Virus record (IMG/VR): IMGVR_UViG_3300048929_000741
Span: 1-64,000 of that record
Length of the DNA: 64,000 bases
Reading direction: 5' to 3' (one strand)
DNA from: a virus
In this document: in pieces, positions 30,315-39,987 of the stretch
How the letters are laid out: each line of letters starts with the position of its first letter
Numbering within the stretch: position 1 is the stretch's first letter
Made by a program: the position numbers and the translations under genes
Notes under the pieces: model-generated
What the model saw: only the letters and a program-made list of their open reading frames with translations
Databases searched by the model: none
Told to the model about the DNA's origin: nothing

Positions 30315-30863
30315 ATGAAAAATGGAAACCACTTTACCGGAAATAATAATGGAAATGCAATCGCTAATGAGAATTGCACAGTTTATATAGAGGATAAAAA
30401 CTCTAATGCTGTACCCTATGAAGAATTGTGTAAGGCTGTTAGGATTAAAAAGACCGATCAATTTTTTAAAAGGGAATGGATTACTATAGCTGCAGAAGTT
30501 TTAACCATTATTACAGGTATGGCTGCAATTTTTAATTTTAACTTCAAAATCGAGTGGAAAATAGTTATATTAATCTTTTTATTTTATTTGTTTTTATGGG
30601 CTCGTTCTCAATATAGAATGTTAGATCAAATAAAATCTAAAAAGTCATTCAATTTTGATGAGACTGCCATTATTGAGCGCCAAGGATATATTTATTCTAT
30701 CTATCCAAAGAAGTGCCCTAAATGTGGTGAAAAAGCAGGTGGAATGCTAAAGTTTGTGAGGCAAACAGATGATAAATGGATTCTTCAATGTAATGTTCAG
30801 CCTCAACATACATTTGAGTATGATCATACAGAGGTTGTTTTTAAAGTTGATGATAATTCTTAA
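30315..30863 (+). CDS. Two-TM membrane protein with C-terminal Zn ribbon (moron)
   Basis: Two hydrophobic helices; CPKCG...C...H. Confidence 0.6.
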   Translation: MKNGNHFTGNNNGNAIANENCTVYIEDKNSNAVPYEELCKAVRIKKTDQFFKREWITIAAEVLTIITGMAAIFNFNFKIEWKIVILIFLFYLFLWARSQYRMLDQIKSKKSFNFDETAIIERQGYIYSIYPKKCPKCGEKAGGMLKFVRQTDDKWILQCNVQPQHTFEYDHTEVVFKVDDNS

Positions 30864-30924
30864 TAATAAAATGAAAAAAATGCATATCCAAATTAAAAAG
30901 TAAGGAAATGTTTGGGGGGATAAT

Positions 30925-31637
30925 ATGAGTAACAATGATGATGATGATGATGATCGTCTGAATTTATTTGATTTTATGGGTTTTCCGGACCGTCAAAAGC
31001 GAGATGAAGCACTGCAAATTTGTGATATCAATAAAATTTGTTTATTGCAAGTAGAAGATGTTAATTTACGTTTTTTTGATACTTTTTAGAACAATATAGT
31101 GTATGGTGCTATCATATTAATAATTTTAGAAGCCATTTATGGACGCATTTTTTATTAATGTATTATCAATATTCCCAGAATCCATTAGATATTATTGATT
31201 TACACAGATTGCAATCGCCTGAAGCTGCACACAAAACGTTTTTTGATACTTTTGCAGAAGATGTAGCACTTTATTCAATTTCTTATTTCGATAAACATTT
31301 AGAAATGTTCAATGACTTATACGATTTAAAAAAATTACCTGGGAAGAAAGGCAATCTAAATCGATATGAAATAATTAAAGAGATGAAAAAAGTTGAAGTA
31401 CTTAAAGAACTTGCTTATGAATATCAGCATATAGTACAATCAGATGCATTCTACCAAATTTTAAATATACGGAAATTTTTTGTTCACAATAAATCATTGT
31501 CCTACTATGGGATGGAAGTCACAAAAATCGGACCTGGCATATACGCAAGTGGCAATAGTGATGGAATCTCTACAGAATTAGTATATAAATCAGTCTGTGA
31601 ACTGCTAAGAGTTATGAGCGATTGTGCGAACATGTAA
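30925..31637 (+). pseudogene. Disrupted HEPN-domain gene (Cthe_2314-like)
   Basis: RBS plus ATG at 30925 stops at about 31090; downstream ORF 31158..31637 has IRKFFVHNKS (RxxxxH). Confidence 0.5.
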
Positions 31638-31858
31638 ACGCTTTTATTAATGCGAGGGTGGAAGCGTCAAAGCAAAGATACGGAATATAATGTTTATGAT
31701 TCAAGGACTGACGGTTGTTGGCACTTTTTTGGTATAATAAGATTTGAATTCTTTGGGTATTCCTATTGACATTGATAAATAAAAAAATATATATTACCAA
31801 TAGATATCTAATATTAAACTCTATAATTTATATTGGAATAATACTGGGGGAGATAAGG

Positions 31859-32407
31859 TTGATTGACTTCAACGAGATGAGCAAAAGAGAATATGATGAA
31901 CTTGGCTTCTTATATGAGCAAAGATATGGACCATATAAGCCATTTAAAGAGTGGATAATTGTAGACGATGACATCAATCCTTACATAAGGCAGCTTATGG
32001 ATATTACTTTTGAGAACGAAGTGGAAAAAATCAAAATAGACACTGTAGAAAAATTCTTGTTCAACAAAATATCTAGAGAAGAATCGCGCAAAATTTTGTC
32101 GTTACTCCTGAAGAATAAAATTATATCCGAACAAGGGAATTTGCTTATGAGCAATAAAGAATATGCAGAATTCACTCATAAATTCTTAGATGAAATAAAG
32201 CGAAAAGAAAAATTGGTAGAACAAGAACGTGAAGTAAAGGAGGCAAAAGAAGCAAAAGAATTTAATATGCAGCTATTTGCTTTTTACTTAATATTGCTAG
32301 CTATTTCAATACCTTTGTGCGCTTTAACATTTAGGATTTTTGGTTTTGCTTTAATGATTCCGGCATTTGTAATGACCATTGCATTGGTGTATAAATTTAC
32401 AAGGTGA
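31859..32407 (+). CDS. Hypothetical membrane protein (two C-terminal TMs)
   Basis: RBS GGGGAG plus TTG; hydrophobic C-terminus. Confidence 0.6.
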   Translation: MIDFNEMSKREYDELGFLYEQRYGPYKPFKEWIIVDDDINPYIRQLMDITFENEVEKIKIDTVEKFLFNKISREESRKILSLLLKNKIISEQGNLLMSNKEYAEFTHKFLDEIKRKEKLVEQEREVKEAKEAKEFNMQLFAFYLILLAISIPLCALTFRIFGFALMIPAFVMTIALVYKFTR

Positions 32408-32469
32408 TTAATAAAATTTGCTTTCCTCCTGGTCATTAAAAGTTTGTTAATAATTGTCGTTTATAAACA

Positions 32470-32548
32470 AAAGAAAAGCCCTGCATCATTTGCAAGGCTG
32501 AACCTCTCCGACATGCCGATTGGGGGCAGCTATGTCGGTAGCTGTTAT
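32470..32548 (-). ncRNA. Candidate sRNA A
   Basis: Minus-strand TTGACA(32581)-17-TATTTG, CCGACAT/ATGTCGG hairpin with a CCCCC loop, then terminator; no ORF. Confidence 0.5.
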
Positions 32549-32619
32549 AATACAAATAGCACAAATAAAATTTCTTGTCAAGGGTTGATTTGAAATTTAT
32601 TTTATGCTAATCTGAAAAA

Positions 32620-32736
32620 GCCGAGGGGGCTCTACAAGAAATACTCAAGGGTATATCTTCCGGACATTGAGAATTTATCATGGTGATTAAATCAGGCAGG
32701 CAGAAGAGCAGATAAAGCTTTGAAGCCTGCTTTTTG
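32620..32736 (+). ncRNA. Candidate sRNA B
   Basis: TTGATT(32585)-17-TAATCT; ends in GCAGGC...GCCTGC-TTTTT. Confidence 0.4.
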
Positions 32737-32919
32737 TATTCAAAAATATGCATTTTTAAGCCCTATATATTATAAAATATATATAGACATATTAGTTTAT
32801 TAATAATATACTCTTAGGCTTTCTGTATCCCCTGAGGTAAGTATAATAACTATATAGGGGGATATAAAAAACTTTATACCAGATATTGACAGAATATTAA
32901 ATATCTGCTAGAGTGTAAA

Positions 32920-33062
32920 TAATTAAATATTAAAGCGTGTATATGCTAGCCTGGTTGGTCTTGACCATATACTACGTCCCCGTAATAGGCGGGAAAGAAC
33001 CAATGACTTCCAGTCCTTGTGTTGTACGGTATTCACTCCGTATAGCGCAGGGACTTTTTATT
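32920..33062 (+). ncRNA. Candidate sRNA C
   Basis: TTGACA(32886)-17-TAGAGT; hairpins; long terminator AGTCC...GGACT-TTTT. Confidence 0.5.
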
Positions 33063-33493
33063 TGCCCGTAAATCGATTTGACATTGACAGGTGAGAAAAT
33101 GTCCACGAAAGACATTTAAAACGGCGCACGGGGCAAAATTAAGCGTTAAAATGGGTTTTAAATCTATTAGTCATAGCACAGATAGAACAGAAACAGATAG
33201 AATCTAAAATCAAGGAGTTGATAACATGCAGGGAATAAGTGATAAGTGTGGCCGGGAAAGCTGCAGGTTTCAGGACACTGGGAAATGTACGAATACGGAG
33301 CAGCGGGATGAATGTCTGAAACTGCTGAATCAAATCATTCCTGATCCAGAAGACCGGATAACTTTGGCATTATCAGATCAGGTAGTTAAAGATTAATAAA
33401 TCTGTGGTATTTACCCAGATAAATAATATATAAAGCTTTTATATGTATCTGTATGATACCTGTATAAGACACAGAAAGGAGATATAAAACATT

Positions 33494-34126
33494 ATGTCAG
33501 ATAATATTAATTACACTACTGTAGCTGATACTGATGGGAATACAGTAGATGTCTTTGAAAATGAGATATCTCTATATCTCCAAGAATACATAGATGAACG
33601 TGGTATATCTGATATGCGTAAAGAACCACAGAGTCGTTGGAACGCTGCTCTTATATATATAAATAAAGCTTTATTTGGTGTTAATAAAGATAAATTAATT
33701 ATAGATAGCAGAGTAAGTAATGCTTATAATATAGACCTTATTAGTAGTATATGTGATGTTTATATAACTCTCTGTTATGAATATGACAAGGAGATTAGTA
33801 TTATAGGTTTCTCTAAGTTAACAGGTATTAATCAAGATACTTTCTATTCTTGGGGCAATAATGAGACGCAAGTCGGTTCTGGTGCCTCCGAGATATACAA
33901 AAAACTTAATTCCGAAAGAGAAGAAAGTTTGAGCAACAAATTGATTTCTGGCGGTTCCAATCCCATGAAAATACTCCCGGCACTCAACCGACATTACGGG
34001 TGGAACATGGGACAGCCAAGAGGAGCGGACGGCGCGGCGCGCATATCAGTGAGTCGTGAGGAGATAGAAGCTAGGGCTCACACAGTGGATCTGCTGCCGG
34101 AATCGGCTGACGAATTACCTGATTAA
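33494..34126 (+). CDS. Probable terminase small subunit
   Basis: ISIIGFSKLTGINQDTFYSW HTH, LNRHYGW; upstream of TerL. Confidence 0.65.
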   Translation: MSDNINYTTVADTDGNTVDVFENEISLYLQEYIDERGISDMRKEPQSRWNAALIYINKALFGVNKDKLIIDSRVSNAYNIDLISSICDVYITLCYEYDKEISIIGFSKLTGINQDTFYSWGNNETQVGSGASEIYKKLNSEREESLSNKLISGGSNPMKILPALNRHYGWNMGQPRGADGAARISVSREEIEARAHTVDLLPESADELPD

Positions 34127-34164
34127 GGGCATAAGAAAAGCCCCGGCGATTGCCAGGGCAGTGA

Positions 34165-34743
34165 TTAAATCAAGAATAGATTTTTTTGAATAGCTTCTTC
34201 AATTTGCTTCGGTTGAATGCCAATGTATCGCTGAGTAACAGCAGCACTTGAGTGTTGCAGGAGTTGCCGAACAAGCTCAATATTGTATCCATTGTCATTG
34301 TAAAGGTTGGTCGCGTAGAATTTGCGGAAGCTGTGGGAACCAATATTATCAAGGCTTAGAGCCTCGCAGACCAGTTTTAAATGCTTTTGAATGGCTCTTT
34401 CGCTGATATCAAACAGTTTCGCACGACTGGATATGTTATTATCAAGCGCATATTGCAAGATGTAATTATACAGCTCGACCGGCACAGTAAAGTTTCTTTC
34501 CTTTTTGGTTTTCCCCTCTGTGATATTAAGGCGATACCGTTCGCCATCTTTGATAATGTCACATGCGTGGAGCTGCAGCACATCACCAATACGTAAGCCC
34601 AGGTTGGCTTCCAGTACTAAGGCAGTAGCGATCCGGTTGTTCGGCTTACAGGCGGTACCGTCCTTGGCTATGAACCCAGATCGGATAGTGTCAATGATAA
34701 GCTGATATGATTCGCGGGTTAGTGTCACGGTTTTTTTATTCAT
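34165..34743 (-). CDS. Small catalytic-domain-only tyrosine recombinase
   Basis: LGLRIGD, EGKTKK, GSHSFRK, LQHSS...RYIG; RBS AAGGAGG. Confidence 0.88.
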   Translation of the reverse strand: MNKKTVTLTRESYQLIIDTIRSGFIAKDGTACKPNNRIATALVLEANLGLRIGDVLQLHACDIIKDGERYRLNITEGKTKKERNFTVPVELYNYILQYALDNNISSRAKLFDISERAIQKHLKLVCEALSLDNIGSHSFRKFYATNLYNDNGYNIELVRQLLQHSSAAVTQRYIGIQPKQIEEAIQKNLFLI

Positions 34744-35017
34744 TCTATACTCCTCCTTGAAAGTTCGTAAAATACTTCTGAAAAGTTCGTATAATCTATT
34801 AACACCATCATACCACACGATAAAACCATTGTAAATACGTAATAGTTCGTTTGCTAACCATTTTACGAACTCAGAAACACCAATAGAAAAAGTACCCGGG
34901 ACGGGGTCTATAGGAAAGCTGTTTTCGGCCTTGTTATGTACGGAAAGTCCGAAAAATTCAAAAAGGGCTTTTCGTCAAAGATAAGAATTTGATCAAGAAA
35001 GTAAAGGGGTAAATATC

Positions 35018-35476
35018 GTGATAGACCTTACAGGAAAGTTTATAACCACTACGACAAATGAAGAAAGTGAAAGATTGCTTAGAATGGCATCTGCACGAGG
35101 ATATAGAACAGATATTGGATTGAAAGTGTTGGTCAACAAAAGACTTTTCCATTTTTCTGAGTTTCCTAAATGGATAACTACACCGGCTTATTTTCATATA
35201 CCGGATAATGCTTATACATACCAGGAATTATTCGGAGAAGAAGATGAGGAAATGAGCAGAATATTATCTGATTCATTACGATTCTGCCGGGCGCATGGAT
35301 ATAGCCTTTTCAGGATTTACGTAGATGATGAGACCATGTCATTCAAGGGGAAAGCGATAGCCAAAGGAGATTCAGGAGATCGTAAAGAGATTGAAAAGAG
35401 TATTGGTAAGCCAATTAAACTTTCAAAGGCTGACATTGAACTGCTTGTAGGATGTCCTGTGGAGATCGTTTCTTAG
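35018..35476 (+). CDS. Hypothetical phage protein
   Basis: C-terminal LSKADIELLVGCPVEIV. Confidence 0.6.
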   Translation: MIDLTGKFITTTTNEESERLLRMASARGYRTDIGLKVLVNKRLFHFSEFPKWITTPAYFHIPDNAYTYQELFGEEDEEMSRILSDSLRFCRAHGYSLFRIYVDDETMSFKGKAIAKGDSGDRKEIEKSIGKPIKLSKADIELLVGCPVEIVS

Positions 35477-35537
35477 AAAAGTAATTCTCAAAAATTTTAA
35501 AATTTATAAAAAGGCCTTTCCTCAGGAGGATACATTA

Positions 35538-35984
35538 ATGTTTAATCGAAAACTATTGTTTGCCAAAAGGCATAGAGGAACTTTCCTGTTTGCATTTGTG
35601 AACTTCAAAACTCAGGAATGTTATGAATGGTATATTCAGTTCTCTTTAAAGAACCCCTGGTGGATCCCTAAATATGATCCATATTACCTGAATGGGAAGT
35701 GGCCGTTAGCCGGTTGGTTGTTTTTCTATTTTGGCAGACATACCAGAGGAGCAATCATTCCATGTATGGAACGCGAGATTCCCGAAGGCAAGAAGCCCAT
35801 TATTGATAAAACTGGTAAGAAGTATATGATTTACAATCTTCCTGATGAAGAACTGGCCAGAAATTTCCGGAGGACGATTCTCCGGTATAACTGCAATGTA
35901 GAGATTGAAAAAGATGGGGATACGGTGACAGTTGTGAATCGTGTTCAGTCCAGAAGATGGATTTCAAATTTTCTTAAAAAATAA
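35538..35984 (+). CDS. Hypothetical phage protein
   Basis: RBS AGGAGG. Confidence 0.6.
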   Translation: MFNRKLLFAKRHRGTFLFAFVNFKTQECYEWYIQFSLKNPWWIPKYDPYYLNGKWPLAGWLFFYFGRHTRGAIIPCMEREIPEGKKPIIDKTGKKYMIYNLPDEELARNFRRTILRYNCNVEIEKDGDTVTVVNRVQSRRWISNFLKK

Positions 35985-36000
35985 AAAAGGGTTGTATGCT

Positions 36001-36186
36001 ATGAAGAAAAAACTGTACATGGCAGTAGAGACCGATGAATATGAGCTGCCGCTTTATGTGGCAGATACTTCAAGAGAACTGGCTGACTGGTCTGGATTAA
36101 GTATTGGATATATATTGAGTGCTATATCACACGGCTATTCCGGAAAGAAAGCTGGAATGAAGTTTCTGAGAATTGAAGTTGAATAG
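36001..36186 (+). CDS. Small HTH-like phage protein
   Basis: YMAVETDEYELPLYVADTSRELA. Confidence 0.6.
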   Translation: MKKKLYMAVETDEYELPLYVADTSRELADWSGLSIGYILSAISHGYSGKKAGMKFLRIEVE

Positions 36187-36225
36187 GAGAAATTAATTAT
36201 AACTAAACCAATAGGCAAGCGCCCA

Positions 36226-37206
36226 TTAGTTTAGCCGAATATTACATTTAGTCGTATAATCATTTATTTCAAGATATGCATAAAAAGAAGAACCCGCTTT
36301 ATTTATTTGATATCTTTGGTATGCACTACCTGTAACCTTATTTAAGTCAACAATGTTTAATGATAATAATAACGGGCAAATATTTTTCCTTACAAAATCG
36401 ATTTCTGGTAATGATTTATTATTGGCCGTTTTAATACTAATTAACCCCGTACATAACTTTCCAAAAAAAGCAATAAATATATCTAAAAAAGACGCATTAA
36501 TATTTCCATCTGTAGTGGGTAGATCATAATATTTACTATTCATTAAATTGATGAGTTCTGGATAAGGTATTCCGTTTATTGATTGAGTAGTATTCTTGTT
36601 TATTTTTAGTTTTTCGTTTTCTTTAACTAATTTCAGGTTTTCTGCAGCTAACGTAGTGTTATTTTTTAAGAGTTTAGTTAATTCTTGATTACCAGTATCT
36701 TTAATCCAACCGGATAATTTGTATGTGCTTTGAAATTCACTTAGAGTTGTGAGAACAGCAATTTTAATATCCTTACAATCTTCTACTGGACGAATTACTT
36801 TACTCATGACATATTTTTTAAATGATTGATACTTCCCAGGCTCAATTTGCTCTATTGTGTTAGATAAGCCTAAAATTGCAGCTTTTTCTGTCAGCCAACT
36901 TTCTTTTATTAGAACTGCAAATACAGGGATTTTCTTCTTGATAGCATAGCGGTATTCGAGTTCAGTATAACTTAAACCAGAATTTATTTCTATGGAACCA
37001 TATCGTCCACCAAGAATTAACATATATACATCTGATTCATCAATCCATTTATATATTGTATTTAATTGTGACTGATTGCCAGCTTTGAATAATTCCATGC
37101 CTGCAGGAATATGACCAGCATCAAGGATCGCTTGTACGGCAGCCTGTCTTTCTTCTATCAGATCAGTATATGTTGAAGATACAAAAACCTGTAATTTTTT
37201 ATCCAT
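36226..37206 (-). CDS. DUF4062 domain protein (moron)
   Basis: QVFVSSTYTDLIEER, PAGMELF, GGRYGS, YTELEY. Confidence 0.88.
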   Translation of the reverse strand: MDKKLQVFVSSTYTDLIEERQAAVQAILDAGHIPAGMELFKAGNQSQLNTIYKWIDESDVYMLILGGRYGSIEINSGLSYTELEYRYAIKKKIPVFAVLIKESWLTEKAAILGLSNTIEQIEPGKYQSFKKYVMSKVIRPVEDCKDIKIAVLTTLSEFQSTYKLSGWIKDTGNQELTKLLKNNTTLAAENLKLVKENEKLKINKNTTQSINGIPYPELINLMNSKYYDLPTTDGNINASFLDIFIAFFGKLCTGLISIKTANNKSLPEIDFVRKNICPLLLSLNIVDLNKVTGSAYQRYQINKAGSSFYAYLEINDYTTKCNIRLN

Positions 37207-37320
37207 TTAATGCTACCCCCCTCTTTGTAAACTATAACAATTATACTTCATTATTAGGGATAAAGCAATTTTAAAAGAAGTATTTAGTCTATAAAAAATA
37301 AAATAATAGGAGGGTTATTT

Positions 37321-37572
37321 ATGTTTGATAAGACCATTAATAATTTTAGAGCCGGGAGGCTCCGAGAAGCTGCAACTATTATCAGTAATGAGTTTATGCA
37401 GAAAGGTGACTGGTACAATGCTTTAGTAGCCTCTATCCATGGATATTTACAGGAAACCGATGGCTCAATTCCTTATGATCAGATGGCGCTGGAATTAGCA
37501 AACAGGATAGTTGGTATAGAACCAGATCCTGTAGAAGATACAGAATGCGGTTCTGAAGACTATGAATTTTGA
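37321..37572 (+). CDS. Hypothetical phage protein
   Basis: RBS GGAGG. Confidence 0.6.
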   Translation: MFDKTINNFRAGRLREAATIISNEFMQKGDWYNALVASIHGYLQETDGSIPYDQMALELANRIVGIEPDPVEDTECGSEDYEF

Positions 37573-37584
37573 AAGGGGATATCC

Positions 37585-37977
37585 ATGGATAAAAAAGAAT
37601 TAGCCCATATAATTAATGGTCGGGAATATGGCTATGAGATCTTCAGAGACGTGCGTCGCGCTGCCATAGATGCCGGTCTGGTTATCGTAAGCGGTGCTTC
37701 TGATGACTTGATTGAGTTTGATGGAGCTATTTATGATGAAGGCGGTTGCTTTGATGGTAGAAAAGTATATTTTGACCGGAATGGCGTTTCGCAAGATGGT
37801 TCAGAACGGGCAAACTGTATTGAAGCCTTCTGGTGCGATAAAGCCGCATTAGATGAAAATGGTAATGTGATTCCATGGACATATAAAACGGATATCCCTC
37901 ATGAAACATTTATGATTTATGAAGACGGGGAGCCGTATTGTAAGGGTATCGTGTTTGATTTGTTAGATGTGAAGTAG
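37585..37977 (+). CDS. Conserved phage protein
   Basis: GASDDLIEFDGAI, WTYKTDIPHETF. Confidence 0.7.
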   Translation: MDKKELAHIINGREYGYEIFRDVRRAAIDAGLVIVSGASDDLIEFDGAIYDEGGCFDGRKVYFDRNGVSQDGSERANCIEAFWCDKAALDENGNVIPWTYKTDIPHETFMIYEDGEPYCKGIVFDLLDVK

Positions 37978-38156
37978 GAGGTAAGATTTTGGAAGTTTTG
38001 AAGTGGATTGTAACAGTTTGGAATGTATTTATGGCGGTATTTATCTGTTGGTTTTCCAGAGGAATGACTTGGAAAAGAGAAAAAGCAGCTATGATCGGAT
38101 TTGGATTGATGGCAATTATGTATGTTCTGGCCTTGGCGCCAATTTGGAGATAACTG

Positions 38157-38894
38157 ATGGACAAAACAAAGATTGATTGGTGTGATAGCAGCTGGAATCC
38201 GGTAACGGGTTGTCTACATAATTGCGAATATTGTTACGCAAGGAGTATTGCTAATCGTTTTGGCTTTCATACTAGCGAACCAGATATAAGTGAAAGAATC
38301 TTAGAAGAGGTTCCGATAAGTAGAGGTAAGAAAGTCCCATACCTATTTGATTTTCAGCCGACTTTACACAAATATCGCCTTGATGAGTACCTGTATAAAA
38401 AAGGCAGAAATATTTTTGTCTGTTCCATGGCTGATCTATTTGGCGAATGGGTTCCGGATTCTTGGATTAATGAGGTTATGAGTGGATGTCAAAATGCTCC
38501 TCAGCACAATTATCTATTTCTTACAAAGAATCCAGTTCGATATGCTAAATTGGCGGCTAAAGAACTTCTTCCAAAGAAGAATAATATGTGGTATGGATTT
38601 TCATGCACAAGGCCTGGATATACAGGGTGGTTTAACAAGCGGTTCAATACATTCGCAAGCATTGAGCCGATATTAGAACCGTTAGAAATTCCGGTAGTTG
38701 ATTGGGTGATTGTTGGAGCGGAGACGGGTAGGCGAAAAGATAAAGTCATTCCAAAGCGTGAATGGATTGAAGATATTGTTAGTCAGTGTGCAAAATCTGA
38801 CATTCCTGTATTCATGAAGTCCAGTCTATCAGAAATATGGGGACAGCCTTTAATTCAGGAATTTCCAGAGCAGTTAAGGAGGCCGGGAATATGA
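38157..38894 (+). CDS. DUF5131 (phage Gp37/Gp68) family protein
   Basis: IDWCDSSWNPVTGC...CEYCYA, IFVCSMADLF, WVIVGAETG. Confidence 0.88.
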   Translation: MDKTKIDWCDSSWNPVTGCLHNCEYCYARSIANRFGFHTSEPDISERILEEVPISRGKKVPYLFDFQPTLHKYRLDEYLYKKGRNIFVCSMADLFGEWVPDSWINEVMSGCQNAPQHNYLFLTKNPVRYAKLAAKELLPKKNNMWYGFSCTRPGYTGWFNKRFNTFASIEPILEPLEIPVVDWVIVGAETGRRKDKVIPKREWIEDIVSQCAKSDIPVFMKSSLSEIWGQPLIQEFPEQLRRPGI

Positions 38895-39196
38895 TTTGCT
38901 TCACAGAACAGCAGAAACAGGAAATAGTACATACAGGAATACTGGTAATCGAATTTAAGAGGTCAATATTGAGGGCCTGTGAAGTACTGAAAGACATGTT
39001 TATGTTTGTCAAAGATGTATTTCTTCAAATTGCAGACAAAATCTCCAAATGCGTGCAGGTGATTCGGAAAGAATATCGAGATGTGCCGCCAAAGAAAAAA
39101 TATAAGGTTATCAGCAAGCTGGACAAGTGCGGATTTACAGAAAAGGAAATAAACTTGATGGTAGGCGGTGTATACCACTGCCGGAATAATTGTTAG
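38891..39196 (+). CDS. Hypothetical phage protein
   Basis: Coupled ATGA overlap; C-terminal YHCRNNC. Confidence 0.55.
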   Translation: MICFTEQQKQEIVHTGILVIEFKRSILRACEVLKDMFMFVKDVFLQIADKISKCVQVIRKEYRDVPPKKKYKVISKLDKCGFTEKEINLMVGGVYHCRNNC

Positions 39197-39674
39197 AGAG
39201 GATGTAAGATAAATTGATTTTTACATATTTGGGAATTGTCCTGTTCTTCACGTTCGAATGGGTTAAATTCATAAAATTAGATTCACTGACTTTATCCGAA
39301 CGGCTTAGCGGTGCCTGGATAATAGACAGTTCGAGGCACCCAGTTTAGATGGTGTCTGTATCGAAGAAAAGTGCTGAATATAATGATTATACCGCTTAAA
39401 GCAGTTAGTAATTGTTACAGACGATGGCAACGCAGTAATGACGGTAAGTTGCTGAGAAGTCCGTTAGAGTGAAATATCCTCATGGCTGAATGCTAATTAA
39501 GGGCCGTCACTGGCCCGTGGGAATTTGCCCGGAAACGGGCATTGGCGTATTTACCTTTCGCCTCATAGCTGTTTGCTGTTAAGGCGGAGTGAATCCCCCG
39601 TGAGGTTTTTATCCTTATCTCCACTTAGTGGGATTTCCTGCATGAAGTCCTGTCGATGGGTGATGTATGGGATA

Positions 39675-39793
39675 GCAGGTATTAGTTTTATGATGGTTAA
39701 AACAGGCTGAAGCGTATGTAAAGACATGCAGGTTCAGGTTCACATACATACGTCAGGAAGCAAGACGTGCGGTTCGATTCCGCATATACCTGT
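39675..39793 (+). ncRNA. tRNA-like RNA with an expanded anticodon arm
   Basis: Acceptor GCAGGTAT/ATACCTGT, D-arm GTTTTA-TGATGGT-TAAAAC, T-arm TGCGG-TTCGATT-CCGCA; long CGTATGTA/TACATACG hairpin in place of the anticodon arm. Confidence 0.5.
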
Positions 39794-39799
39794 TGGAAA

Positions 39800-39970
39800 T
39801 AATCTGGCTTAGTCAGTCAGAAAATTTCAAGTAAGAGGTTGCAAACTCTTGCGTGATTGCGGTGGTGGTTCAAATCCACAATCCTGTTATATGAGTATGT
39901 GTGAGGCTAACATTGAAAGTTTGGCAGGTAAGGCGTAGGATAATCGCAGGTTCGACTCCTGCCACTGTAA
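39800..39970 (+). pseudogene. Two further degenerate tRNA-like units (one with a GCA, Cys-like loop)
   Basis: AAGAG-GTTGCAAA-CTCTT, T-arms GTGG-TTCAAAT-CCAC and GCAGG-TTCGACT-CCTGC; no clean cloverleaf. Confidence 0.4.
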
Positions 39971-39987
39971 TTTGCACATTGGAAATT

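Noticed and set aside
30931-30955. (GAT)n microsatellite as a phase-variation switch
   Set aside because: A triplet repeat cannot shift the frame; the lesion is further downstream
31705-31740. TGACGGTTG...GGTATAAT as a fourth IR-flanked moron promoter
   Set aside because: Weak match and no complementary copy after the gene
39525-39710. 61-aa ORF in the tRNA-like region
   Set aside because: No RBS; overlaps RNA structures
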